From an uncultured delta proteobacterium (GTDB lineage Bacteria; Desulfobacterota; Syntrophorhabdia; Syntrophorhabdales; WCHB1-27), in the NCBI GenBank assembly GCA_963810935.1, contig CAWEPK010000015.1, positions 16,827 through 80,826 of the forward strand: DNA of 64,000 nucleotides, written 5' to 3'. This document shows, one piece after another, positions 43,495 through 53,569 of the stretch (position 1 is its first letter; each line of letters begins with the position of its first letter). The notes under the pieces are model-generated. The model was given only the letters and a program-made list of their open reading frames with translations, searched no databases and was not told where the DNA came from. The translations under genes were made by a program, and so were the position numbers.

Positions 43495-43815
43495 TTATTC
43501 CACGCTGCCCGGCAGCAGAAACGAATCCGCCCACTTCATGACCCTCTTCTCGTCCTCCGGGTCGATGCCCGGTGCCTCCTGAGACGACACCACCGGCGGG
43601 GATATAAGGTTGTTTCTCACCAGGTCCTCCGCCTCCTCCGGCGGGAGGCCGGTCTGCTCGAGCTCGACGGTCCTCGCAAGGGCCGCCGCGGTCTTATCGT
43701 CGAGGTAGTCCTTAAGCTCTCCCCTGTGGAAAAGGCCCAGGGTCTTATCCGGCCGGTTCTCCAGCATCCACAACAGGTGTTCCCTCCACATGGGGTCGAG
43801 ATGAAGTCTCTTCAA
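43495..43815 (-). CDS. hypothetical protein (106 aa), weakly TnpV/DUF1896-like
   Basis: GGAAGGAGG RBS with TTG start; W..HL..M.ENRPD...L...GEL..YL...EAEDLV pattern. Confidence 0.5.
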   Translation of the reverse strand: MKRLHLDPMWREHLLWMLENRPDKTLGLFHRGELKDYLDDKTAAALARTVELEQTGLPPEEAEDLVRNNLISPPVVSSQEAPGIDPEDEKRVMKWADSFLLPGSVE

Positions 43816-43846
43816 TGTCGGCCTCCTTCCGGCCTTGCGGGCTTGC

Positions 43847-44518
43847 TTATCCTCTCGGTCTATCGCCCGGGGCGGTGTAGTAATCGAAAAAGTGCTTGAA
43901 GTCGTCGAAGCTGAGCCGGGCCAGGGCCGAGACGTCGTGCCTCGCGAATTCCCTGATGAAGACGGGGACAATCCCGGCCGAAACGGCTGCCTCGATCCCT
44001 GCCCGCGCATCCTCGAACCCCACTACGCGGCCGGGGTCGACGGACAGGTATTCCAAAGCCATGATGAAGCCGTCAGGCATCGGTTTTCCGTTCCTGTACT
44101 CATCGACGCTGAAAACCGCGTCGAAGCGGCCGGACAATCCGGCGTTGTCCAGGATCATGAAGGTCTCTGCGCGGCCGCTGCCTGTGACGATCACTTTCCT
44201 TTGGGGCAGGCCGAGCACCTTATCGAGCCCGCTCGCCACGCGCAGGGCGGACGTCTTCAGGCATTGCTCTTTCTTCTTTAGAAAACCTTGCTGGATGCTC
44301 TCCGGCGTAGCGGTGATGGAATATTTGCGGATCAGGAACTCGAAAATGTCGGGCCAGGCGCGCCCGAAGACGATCTCCGCGTCTTCACTGTCGAGCCCGA
44401 TGTGCCACTGCTCCCTGAAATACGCGCCGATCAAATCGACGTTAAGCTGCTCCGTCTCCACGATTGTATCGTCCAGATCGAATATGAAGGCTTCTACCGG
44501 AAACATTGGCGCGTCCAT
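43847..44518 (-). CDS. HAD-family phosphatase
   Basis: FDLDDT, VTGS, KPMPD, FEDA..GIEAA. Confidence 0.9.
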   Translation of the reverse strand: MDAPMFPVEAFIFDLDDTIVETEQLNVDLIGAYFREQWHIGLDSEDAEIVFGRAWPDIFEFLIRKYSITATPESIQQGFLKKKEQCLKTSALRVASGLDKVLGLPQRKVIVTGSGRAETFMILDNAGLSGRFDAVFSVDEYRNGKPMPDGFIMALEYLSVDPGRVVGFEDARAGIEAAVSAGIVPVFIREFARHDVSALARLSFDDFKHFFDYYTAPGDRPRG

Positions 44519-44718
44519 GGGCTTGCCCGGATATTATATCATCAGGAAGCGCCTGTTGCCACAGTAGCGCGTAAGCCAGGGGACAGCCGAGGGAAAGAAT
44601 GGCGCGGCGGCCCGGAAAAGGGCATCCGGGGGGTACTTGCTCCTCCGCTTCGGTTGACGTTTCGCGGTCGCCCTGTTAATATTAAGTAAAGACAGGGCCT
44701 TACAGGAATGAAGGTTAA

Positions 44719-45051
44719 ATGACCGGTACACACGGGACGTTTGCCGCTGTTAAGGATTTGGTTGAGCGCGGGCATGTCGTAGTGTCGGAACACGGCTACG
44801 ATGAGCTTGCGAATGACGGACTCTACGTGAGAGAAATCGCACAGGGTGTTGCTGCGGCGCTTGTTGTGGAGGATTATCCGGAATACCCGAAAGGTCCCTG
44901 CGTTCTGACCCTTCAGGCCGACCACGAAGGCCGGCCGATTCACGTTGTCTGGGGTATACCGAAAGACAAGGCGTCTCCGGCTGTACTCGTAACGGCCTAT
45001 CGGCCCGATCCGGGCCTTTGGACGGAAGATTTCAAGAGGAGAAAGAAGTGA
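44719..45051 (+). CDS. DUF4258-family protein
   Basis: SEHGYDEL..DG, EDYP.YPKGPCVL.LQ, PIHVVWG, LVTAYRPDP..W. Confidence 0.8.
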   Translation: MTGTHGTFAAVKDLVERGHVVVSEHGYDELANDGLYVREIAQGVAAALVVEDYPEYPKGPCVLTLQADHEGRPIHVVWGIPKDKASPAVLVTAYRPDPGLWTEDFKRRKK

Positions 45052-45263
45052 GAAAGAAACGGTATTCCAAGCTTGTGCAAGAAGGTGGATATGTCGCGGC
45101 AGTTGAGCTAGATTTGATCGAATCCGAGGAAGGCTGGTCGCCTTACATTAGCCTCGATGACGCCTATAAGCTGGACGATGTCCGCGATGCCCTGCGGAAC
45201 GGTGATCTTCGACGGGCCGCGCGCAACGCCAGCTTGTACAAGCTCACGCCTATCGCCGTCTAA
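45048..45263 (+). CDS. small partner protein of DUF4258 (71 aa)
   Basis: GTGA overlap with the upstream stop; GYVAAVELDL..GWSPYISLDDAYKLDDVR.AL.GD. Confidence 0.7.
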   Translation: MRKKRYSKLVQEGGYVAAVELDLIESEEGWSPYISLDDAYKLDDVRDALRNGDLRRAARNASLYKLTPIAV

Positions 45264-45290
45264 ATGTCCTCCCCCCAGCATAGCATCTTG

Positions 45291-46721
45291 CTATGACCTT
45301 TTCAGCTCGATAATCTCCATGCGGTGGTTTGCCTCTGGGTGTCTCGACGAGGGGCCCTCCATCAGAAAAACCAGGTCTCCGGGAAGGCCGAGGCCGGCGA
45401 CGCAGTTTCGCACGTATTCGTTCCATGTATCCGGAAGGCGCGCCTCGTACACCGGGTAGACCCCTGAAGAGAATTGCAGTTGCTGGAGCGTTGCGTCATT
45501 GGAACTGACTGCTACGGTCCAGACAGGTAGACGGAACCGCGTTACGCTCCGGGGAGTCGCTCCGCTCCTCGTAGGGACAAAAACGGCCGCGGGCGTCACG
45601 CGCATAAGGCAATCCTCTACGCTGAGGGCAACCAGGCGCCCCGGCTCCGGCTTTCCTTCGATGTCAGCCCGCCTGAACATCTCTTCCGCCCTGATCATGG
45701 GCCTGTGCTGCTCCGCTACGGAAGCAATTTTGGCAAGCATCGCTACCGCATCGACCGGATACCTGCCCATGGCGGATTCCTCCGACAGCATGACGCAATC
45801 GGTCCCGTCCAGGATCGCATTCGCCACATCGGTCGCCTCGGCCCTGGTAGGGAGGCGGTTATCCGTCATCGACTCGAGCATCTGCGTTGCGGTTATGACC
45901 GGCTTGGCGCTCGTGTTCGCCAAACGCATAAGATGCTTCTGCACGATGGCGATTTGCTCGATCGGGACCTCGACGCCGAGGTCTCCGCGGGCAATCATGA
46001 TGCCGTCGGCCGCCTCGATGATTTCGTCTATGCGGTCCAGCGCGCCCGAGCGCTCTATCTTTGCAATGATAAACGGCCGGTGACCCATTTCGGCAGCGGC
46101 CCGGCGCACCGCGTTTACGTCCTCTGCCGCCTCGACAAAGGACTGGCTTACCGCATCGACACCGTTTTCGAGGGCAAATTGCAGGCAGTCGCGGTCGTGC
46201 CCGGTAAACGCGCTTATGCCGAGGTCGATGCCGGGGAGATTAAGCCCCTTGCGCGAGCGAAGCTCGCCGCCCGCCCTCACCCTGCACGTCACATCGTTGC
46301 CCGCCACCCGGACAACTTCGAGCTGGATGTAGCCGTCATTCAAAAATAGCGCGTCGCCGGGCTTTACGGACTTCGGAAGACCGGCAAACGAGACGGAAAC
46401 GCGGTCTTTATTTCCCGTGATATTTTCGGTTGTCAGAATAAATTCGTCGCCGGATCGAAGCTCCACGGGCTCCGGCGAGATTGTGCCGACCCGCATTTTA
46501 GGGCCCGGAAGGTCAGCCATGATCGCTACCCTCCGGCCAGTCGATTTCGATGCGGCCCGCAGGTCTTCGATGATTTTTTTATGGGTCGGGAAGTCGCCGT
46601 GCGAAAAGTTGAGCCGGGCGACGTCCATGCCCGCTTCGATCATCTGCACCATCACGTCGATTGACTCGGAGGCCGGTCCGATGGTGCATACGATCTTTGT
46701 CTTCTGAGAAGGGAGTTTCAT
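45291..46721 (-). CDS. pyk: pyruvate kinase
   Basis: TKIVCTIGPAS, ARLNFSHG, IIAKIE, MIARGDLG, ATQMLESM, PTRAEATDVANAILDG. Confidence 0.97.
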   Translation of the reverse strand: MKLPSQKTKIVCTIGPASESIDVMVQMIEAGMDVARLNFSHGDFPTHKKIIEDLRAASKSTGRRVAIMADLPGPKMRVGTISPEPVELRSGDEFILTTENITGNKDRVSVSFAGLPKSVKPGDALFLNDGYIQLEVVRVAGNDVTCRVRAGGELRSRKGLNLPGIDLGISAFTGHDRDCLQFALENGVDAVSQSFVEAAEDVNAVRRAAAEMGHRPFIIAKIERSGALDRIDEIIEAADGIMIARGDLGVEVPIEQIAIVQKHLMRLANTSAKPVITATQMLESMTDNRLPTRAEATDVANAILDGTDCVMLSEESAMGRYPVDAVAMLAKIASVAEQHRPMIRAEEMFRRADIEGKPEPGRLVALSVEDCLMRVTPAAVFVPTRSGATPRSVTRFRLPVWTVAVSSNDATLQQLQFSSGVYPVYEARLPDTWNEYVRNCVAGLGLPGDLVFLMEGPSSRHPEANHRMEIIELKRS

Positions 46722-46791
46722 AGTCCGGCCTGGTTTCTACGTTACATCTTTTCTGCCTTCTTAGTCAATACAGCCTCTTCCCATTCCTGAA

Positions 46792-46831
46792 TAAGCCAAA
46801 GCCCCGCTGGTTGTCGCGGGGCTTTGGCTTA
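46792..46831 (-). terminator. hairpin terminator downstream of the MFS gene
   Basis: TAAGCCAAAGCCCCGC-N8-GCGGGGCTTTGGCTTA, a perfect 16-bp stem. Confidence 0.7.
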
Positions 46832-46853
46832 AACGACAATTGAAAGACTTTCT

Positions 46854-48215
46854 TTAGGCAGCCGCTGCCGCCGCGCCGGACGCCTGCTTGGCCCTTCTTA
46901 CGACGTGCCCCTGCAGGATCAGTAGAAAAACGGCGACGACGAGCCCCAATGTGGCCTGAGTGGCGCAGATCTGGAAGACGCTCCAGTTCATGGTGAGGAG
47001 GTATCCGCCAACCGCCGGGGCGCCCATCGCCCCGATCTTCGCTACCGCGTAAGCCCAGCCGATGCCCGACCCCCTGATGTCGGAAGGATACGAAACGGTC
47101 GTCACGGCGAGCGTCCCCGTCTGGCTGCCGTTGATGAAGAGACCGCAGACGACTGACATGGCGGCGATTGCGAGGATCGACCCGCTCCCTGCCACCCAGC
47201 CGAAGGCAATGAGGGCTACGAAGGCGCAGACGAAGCCGACCTGCAATACCCTGAACGGGTTGACCTTGTCCATGAGGCGGCCGATGAAGATTGACGAAAG
47301 GACGGCGCCCAGATTGAGGGCGGCGTAGCCCAGGCTATACTGCTGGACCGTGGCGCCGCTCTTCCGGAGCAGGGTGGGAGACCAGGTGTTCAATATCCAG
47401 AGCATATAGAGTGCCCCCGAGCAGATGAACCAGAGGAGGATGGTGGTCATTGCGCGCCTTTCCGTAAAAAGCCGCTTGAACGGCACACCGCTGGCTTTTT
47501 TCTCGCTCGCGCGGAACTCCACGTTTTTGTCTGCCGCCAGCGCGGGCGCGACCCTTGCTATGATCTTACGTACGCGCGCTTCGCTCTTGCCCTCCCGGAC
47601 GAGGAATTCGAGGGACTCAGGTAGCGCCACAGCCACCATGATCGCTATGACCATCGGGAAAATGCCGCCCGCCATAAAGAGGGACTGCCAGCCCAAATGC
47701 GGGATGAGCCATGCGGCCGAGAGCCCGCCTACCATGGCGCCGAACGGCATGCCGGCGTACATGGTAGCCACAAGGCCGGAACGGGCCCGCGCCGGGGCAT
47801 ACTCCGAGCCGAAGGTAAGGGCGTTCGGTACTGCGCCGCCCAGGCCGAGGCCGGCCAGGAACCGGAAGAGCGCGAGCTGCTCGACGCTCGTTATGAACGC
47901 CGTAAGCAGGGTGAAGAAACCGAAGATGATGGCCGAGATGAAGAGCATCCACTTCCTGCCGAACCGGTCGGCAAGCGTGCCCAGGATCACCGCGCCGATG
48001 AGGGGGCCGAACTGGCCCGCGCTCAATGCGAGCCCGAGCGTGCTCGGCTTGCAGTGCAGAAAATCGGCTATCTTGGGCAGTGCGACGCCGATAACGGTCA
48101 GGTCGAAGCCGTCCAGGAACGTGACCAGGAAGCAGAGGCTGCAGACAAGGTACTGGTAAGGCGTAAAGCGGCTATTGTCAAATATTTCGCCTATTTTCAT
48201 CGTTTTGGTTGCCAT
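46854..48215 (-). CDS. MFS aromatic-acid:H+ symporter (PcaK/BenK-like)
   Basis: LDGFD, GTLADRFGRK, RFLAGLGLGG..P, SEYAP, YP..IR.SG.GW. Confidence 0.88.
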   Translation of the reverse strand: MATKTMKIGEIFDNSRFTPYQYLVCSLCFLVTFLDGFDLTVIGVALPKIADFLHCKPSTLGLALSAGQFGPLIGAVILGTLADRFGRKWMLFISAIIFGFFTLLTAFITSVEQLALFRFLAGLGLGGAVPNALTFGSEYAPARARSGLVATMYAGMPFGAMVGGLSAAWLIPHLGWQSLFMAGGIFPMVIAIMVAVALPESLEFLVREGKSEARVRKIIARVAPALAADKNVEFRASEKKASGVPFKRLFTERRAMTTILLWFICSGALYMLWILNTWSPTLLRKSGATVQQYSLGYAALNLGAVLSSIFIGRLMDKVNPFRVLQVGFVCAFVALIAFGWVAGSGSILAIAAMSVVCGLFINGSQTGTLAVTTVSYPSDIRGSGIGWAYAVAKIGAMGAPAVGGYLLTMNWSVFQICATQATLGLVVAVFLLILQGHVVRRAKQASGAAAAAA

Positions 48216-48275
48216 ACTCTCTCTCCTCTTCTCGATGAGTCGTCGCTGCTGCCTATTGGCTGAATGCGGGACGGA

Positions 48276-49796
48276 TCAGAACTTCCTGTCAGGTCCGAGC
48301 CAGTTGGGATACCACCTGTAATATTCCTTCGGGTGCGCCTGGTTCAGGCCGTCATATGTGGCCTTCGCGAGCGTGATGGCTCCCTTCGCCCTGTAGACCT
48401 TCGCGAGGCCCTTCTGCTCCAGGCCGGAAAGCACGGCATCGAGGCGCGCGCCGTCTTCCGTAAAGTACTGGGCAATGTCCTGCCTGGTCATGAACAGGCC
48501 CGGATTGACCCTGTAATCCTCTGCCAGCAAGAGAAGGACCTTCTCCTCATCGACGCCTGCCTGCACTTCGATCGGCTTGGAAGCGGGCACGGGGACGCCG
48601 AGCGTCTCGTCGATCACCCGGCGTCGCATCTTCATGTCTTCTACCATCTGCTTCATACCGCTCTTGAAGATCACCATCCTGCACGCCTCCATGGTCCCGC
48701 CGGAAATGTGCTCGACCTTGGAGATTTCCAGTATGGATTGGGCTGGGTAGAAGGGTGTCACCCCGTCCCCGCCCATGACCTGCGTTGCATCGAGGGCCGA
48801 TTGCATCGTCCCCTCGACGTTGAAGACTTTTGTGACGTTGGAATCTATCGTTATGTCCCACTTGAGGTCCCAGAGGTAGGCGGTATAGTAGGTAGCCAGC
48901 CGGGCGAGCTTGAGCCGTATTATCAGGTCTGCGATCTTAGTCTGGTTGCCGGCCATGTCGATCGTCGGCTTGCCGAACTGCACCCTTCTCTGGGCGTAAG
49001 GCACCGCGTTCCTGAGCAGCTCCTTCTGCCAGCCCACCGTCATGGCGGAGATAAGCGTCCTCTCGAAATTGAGGCCCGCCGTCATTATCTTCCAGCCGTC
49101 GCCCTCTTCGCCTATGCGGTTTTCGACGGGCACTTTTACGTTGTCGAAATCGAGGACGCCGTTCTGGATGTTCTCGAACCCGAGGACTTCATTCACCTTT
49201 TCGACCGTGAAGCCCGGCGCGCCCTTCTCCACGATGAACGCGGTGAGGTGCCTGTATTTGGCTGTCTCCCCGGGGTCGTTCGTGGTGCGGGCGTAAACCA
49301 TGTACCGTTCCGCGATGCCGGCCGAAACGATAAAACGCTTCTTGCCGCTGAGCACGTACGCGCCCCCTTCCAGCTTGCCGCGCATCTCCATGGCTGCGGC
49401 GTCGGTGCCCGCAAACGGCTCGGTGATGACGATCGCGCCTAGTTCTCCGTTAGCGATGCGCGGGAGGAAACGCTTTTTCTGCTCGTCCGACCCGAATTCT
49501 ATGATCTGCCTGAGGCCGCCTATCATGTTGCCGACCATGATCCTGCCCGGCCCCGGCATGCGGCAAAACTGCTCGACGACAATGCAGCCGCCCGTCGCAC
49601 CCATCCCCATGCCTCCGTATTCCTTCGGCACCGGGACGGCCGTGTACCCCTTTTCGCTTATTTTACTGAATATCTCCCAGGGAAACTCCCTCCTCCACCG
49701 GGCAGTAGCGTCCCTCGGCATTACCTCTTCCGCAAATGTCTCAAGCTCGTCGTACAGCTTTTTCTGCTCTTCGGTCCACCATGGAAAGTGCTCCAT
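48276..49796 (-). CDS. acyl-CoA dehydrogenase with a ~110-aa C-terminal extension
   Basis: PKEYGGMG, ITEPFAGTDAA, GKKRFI, LNFER, RVQFGKP, QVMGGDG; AAGGAGG RBS. Confidence 0.88.
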   Translation of the reverse strand: MEHFPWWTEEQKKLYDELETFAEEVMPRDATARWRREFPWEIFSKISEKGYTAVPVPKEYGGMGMGATGGCIVVEQFCRMPGPGRIMVGNMIGGLRQIIEFGSDEQKKRFLPRIANGELGAIVITEPFAGTDAAAMEMRGKLEGGAYVLSGKKRFIVSAGIAERYMVYARTTNDPGETAKYRHLTAFIVEKGAPGFTVEKVNEVLGFENIQNGVLDFDNVKVPVENRIGEEGDGWKIMTAGLNFERTLISAMTVGWQKELLRNAVPYAQRRVQFGKPTIDMAGNQTKIADLIIRLKLARLATYYTAYLWDLKWDITIDSNVTKVFNVEGTMQSALDATQVMGGDGVTPFYPAQSILEISKVEHISGGTMEACRMVIFKSGMKQMVEDMKMRRRVIDETLGVPVPASKPIEVQAGVDEEKVLLLLAEDYRVNPGLFMTRQDIAQYFTEDGARLDAVLSGLEQKGLAKVYRAKGAITLAKATYDGLNQAHPKEYYRWYPNWLGPDRKF

Positions 49797-49901
49797 ATAG
49801 CTTTTCCGCCCCTCCTTACCGTGTATTTGCCGACCCGCGCGGCCTTTGCGGGCCTCTCTTTCCCGCAAACCAGCCGCGCCCTCTCTCGTGCACTTTCCAT
49901 A

Positions 49902-49917
49902 GGCATAATCCGTGCCA
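49902..49917 (-). promoter_or_regulatory. sigma54 promoter for ACAD-MFS
   Basis: Minus strand TGGCACGGATTATGCC. Confidence 0.7.
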
Positions 49918-50050
49918 GCTCGAAAACAGTAAGGGACCGGCTCAATTCTCGATATGGAAGGTAGTTAACTGCGACATATGATGAGATAGATTGACATATA
50001 CGTCATATTGTGACACTTTAATGCAAAATATGATAGATGAGGAAACAACA

Positions 50051-51618
50051 GTGATAGACGAAAACAGATTCTTCAGGGAAGTAAGCATTCGCATTTGCAG
50101 CAGCCTCGACATCGAAAAGGCGCTGGCAAGGTGTTTCTCGTTCCTTAAAGACGTGATGCCGATAGACGAGCTTATGCTGGTCGTCTATGAGCGGGAGCTG
50201 GGGTCCACTACGATCAAAGCCATCGTCGATTCAACGGGCGCGAGGTGCTGCTCCGAGCAGACACCCCTGCCCTCCTGCCTGAGAAAAGAATTCGAGCTGG
50301 TCGAAGAACACGAGCGCGCGAGGAGTATAAACGCCTTTGACGACCCCATCGTCAGCTACGTCGCCCGCCGGAGGCACTGGAAAGACTCCTCCCTTCTCGT
50401 CAATCGTCTGGTCGTAGACGGCTCGTATATAGGCGCCCTCGTCACCCGCGCCGAAGGCAGGGGCAGGTATACGGACGAGCACCTCCGCCTCTGGTCGCTC
50501 GTAAACGAGCCGTCGGCCATTGCATTGTCGAACAACCTCCAGTACAGGGAAATATCGAGGCTCAAGGACGTTCTCGTTGACGATAAATCCTACCTTCAGG
50601 AGGAGGCTGCGCAAAAGGACGATCGGCAGTATCCTCGTCGGCGCGGAGTTCGGATTGAGATGGGTCATGGAGGGGGTGCACATGGTGGCCCCCCTGACGA
50701 GCCCGGTGCTTATCTCGGGGGAGACGGGCACGGGCAAGGAGATTATCGCCAACGCCATACACGACCTTTCGCCCAGGAGGGACGAGCCGCTGATCAAAGT
50801 GAACTGCGGCGCAATCCCTGAGACCCTCCTCGACAGCGAGCCTGTTCGGCCATGAAAAAGGGGCCTTCACAGGGGCCTACGAACAGAAGCGCGGGCGCTT
50901 CGAGCGCGCGAGCCGGGGCACCGTCTTTCTCGACGAGGTCTCGGAGCTGCCCGCAGCAGCGCAGGTCAGGCTTCTGCGCGTGCTCCAGGAGAACGAGATC
51001 GAGCGCGTCGGAGGCACAACCCCGATCAAGATAGACGTACGGATGATATCGGCCACGAACAGGAACCTGGCGGCGCTGGTGGCGGCAGGCAAGTTCCGCG
51101 AAGACCTGTTTTTCCGCCTGAATGTCTTCCCCATCTCCGTACCCCCCTTAAGGGAGCGCAAGCTCGACATACCGGCCCTGGTGCATCATTTCATAGAGAA
51201 GAAAAGCAGGCAAATGGCCCTTCAGTCCGTGCCGACGCTGGCCCCGCGGGAGATAGACCGCCTCATGGCCTACAACTGGCCGGGGAACGCCAGAGAGCTC
51301 GAAAACGCGGTGGAAAGGGCAATAATCGTATCCGCCGGAAAGCCCCTCGTCTTCGACCACCTCCCCAGCGGGCAGGCAGCCGTTTACGAAGAGCGCAAAG
51401 ACGGGGAGCAGACATTAAGCCTTCGGGAAACCGAGTCCAGGCAGATCCGCCAGGCACTCGAAAAAACCATGGGCAAGGTAAGCGGGGCGGGAGGGGCGGC
51501 CGAGATGCTCGGCATCAATGCAGGCACGCTGCGCCACAGGATGAGAAAACTGGGCGTGCCCTTCGGCCGGAAAACGAAAACCCGCAAAAGCGGCCCTGCT
51601 TCCGCTATGCGCGCCTGA
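50051..51618 (+). CDS. sigma54-dependent transcriptional activator (GAF-AAA+-HTH; frameshifts ~50605 and ~50840)
   Basis: [56 protein letters not shown]-terminal HTH. Confidence 0.9.
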
Positions 51619-51822
51619 TTTAATTTTCGCGCCTTCCGCCGACCGAGGTAAGCCGCCCTCTTTCCCGGCGGCCCTTTAGTATCTTGCGGCCGGTCGGCGG
51701 TCCCGTCGTATTTGTCATTCCATGGCCAAAATCCGCCGCATGCGTTAATCACTTTTATCACATTTCTCATTTCCGTGCGTCAGGGTCTTCGTCCAACCGC
51801 AACATAACGACATTTTTTCATC

Positions 51823-51838
51823 GGGCACGGTTTATGCT
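51823..51838 (+). promoter_or_regulatory. sigma54 promoter for the CoA transferase
   Basis: GGGCACGGTTTATGCT, nearly identical to the 49902 site. Confidence 0.65.
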
Positions 51839-51937
51839 CTCCACTTAAACGAGGCCGGCGTATGAAGGCCGGGAGACGCCCGGCTCGGCGCCATTTCACA
51901 AGGGGGCGGGGACATTCCAGCGAAGGAGAGGGCGCAC

Positions 51938-53503
51938 ATGGCAAAAATCATCAGTGCAAGAGAAGCTGCGGGCGCGGTGAATGACGGTGACGTCGTTGCG
52001 TCGGCCTGCTTCGGTATGGCAGGTCTGGCCGAAGAGGTATTGCTTGCGCTCCGCGACGTCTACCGCGAGCGGAAACACCCCAGAGGCATCACGTTCATGC
52101 ACGCAGCCGGCGCCGGGGATTTCGGGACCCGCGGTGGAGGCGTCCTTGCTGAAGAGGGCACGGACGGTCTTTTGAAGAGGGTAGTGACGGGGCACATGGG
52201 GGCAAGCCCGCAGACCGCAAAGGCGATACAGGGCAAAAAGGTGGAGTGCTACTTCTGGCCCCTCGGCTGCATGTGCCAGTGGTACACGGAAGTGGCGAGG
52301 AAATCACCCGGACTGATCACGAAGACGGGTCTCGGGACGTTCCTCGACCCCCGCTTCGACGGCGCTGAGGTAAACGGCCTGAGCACGGACAAATATGTGA
52401 AGATAATCGAGGTGGAAGGCGAAGAGTGGATGCTCTTCAAGACCTTTCCCGTAAACGTGGCCCTCATCAGAGGGACAACAGCGGACGAAAACGGCAACAT
52501 CACTTTCGAGAAAGAAGCCATATCCCTGGAGGCCCTGCCCCTGGCGATGGCTGCGAAGGCCTCCGGCGGCATAGTGATCGCCGAGGTGCAGTACCTGGCA
52601 AAACCGGGAACTCTCCACCCGCAGATGGTCAAGGTCCCCGGCGTATGCGTCGATTACGTCATAGTATCGGAAAGACCGCAGATGCAGTGCATGGGCGTCC
52701 AGTACAAGGCCTCCCTCGCAGGCCACATAAAAGTGCCGGAGACGGCTGTCCCGGCCATGCCCCTGGACGAGCGCAAGGTGATCGCCCGCAGGGCGGCCAT
52801 GGAGCTGAAACCCGGCCCGGTCAACCTCGGCATAGGCATACCCCAGGGCGTCGCAACGGTCGTCGCCGAGGAGGGTTGCAGCCACATGATGACGCTGATA
52901 TCCGAATCGGGCAACATCGGCGGCATACCGGGCAACGGGGTCGCCGAATTCGGCGCCCATTACAACGGCGACGCGATGATACAGCAGGACCAGTTGTTCA
53001 ACTGGTTCGACGGCGGCGGCCTCAGCATGGCCTTCGCGGGATTGAGCCAGACGGACATGGAAGGCAACCTTAATGCCGGCACGTTCGGCGGCAGGCCCAT
53101 CGGACCGGGCGGCTTCATCAATACGACGCAGCACGCGAAAAAAGTCGTTTTTTGCGGCACCTTCACTGCGGGCCCCCTTTCGGTCAAGCTGGCAGGCGGC
53201 AAGCTGACCATTCTCAAAGAAGGCTCGATACGCAAGTTCCTTAAACAGGTCGAGCAGGTGGGATTCAGCGGCAGGTACGCGCTCTCGACGGGGAAAAAGG
53301 TCGTCTACGTCACGGAGCGGGCCGTCTTCCGGCTGACGGAGGACGGGCTGATGCTGACTGAGATAGCCCCCGGCATCAACCTGGAGAGGGACGTGCTTGC
53401 ACTGATGGATTTCAAGCCCGTCATGTCGCCCGAGCTGAAATCGATGCCGAAAGGCATCTTCGAGCCTGAGTGGGGCGGGCTGAAAACCATACTCGGAGCA
53501 TAG
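51938..53503 (+). CDS. family I acyl-CoA:acetate CoA transferase (YdiF/Pct-like, fused)
   Basis: GLGTFLDPR, IRGTTADE.GN, IARRAA.EL, NLGIGIP, ESG (catalytic Glu), GPGGFIN, YVTERAVF. Confidence 0.9.
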   Translation: MAKIISAREAAGAVNDGDVVASACFGMAGLAEEVLLALRDVYRERKHPRGITFMHAAGAGDFGTRGGGVLAEEGTDGLLKRVVTGHMGASPQTAKAIQGKKVECYFWPLGCMCQWYTEVARKSPGLITKTGLGTFLDPRFDGAEVNGLSTDKYVKIIEVEGEEWMLFKTFPVNVALIRGTTADENGNITFEKEAISLEALPLAMAAKASGGIVIAEVQYLAKPGTLHPQMVKVPGVCVDYVIVSERPQMQCMGVQYKASLAGHIKVPETAVPAMPLDERKVIARRAAMELKPGPVNLGIGIPQGVATVVAEEGCSHMMTLISESGNIGGIPGNGVAEFGAHYNGDAMIQQDQLFNWFDGGGLSMAFAGLSQTDMEGNLNAGTFGGRPIGPGGFINTTQHAKKVVFCGTFTAGPLSVKLAGGKLTILKEGSIRKFLKQVEQVGFSGRYALSTGKKVVYVTERAVFRLTEDGLMLTEIAPGINLERDVLALMDFKPVMSPELKSMPKGIFEPEWGGLKTILGA

Positions 53504-53569
53504 TCCTTAACCCTAAGGGCGCACCCGCAGCTTTCGCTATGGCAGGGACCGTGATATCGGCGGCGGTCC

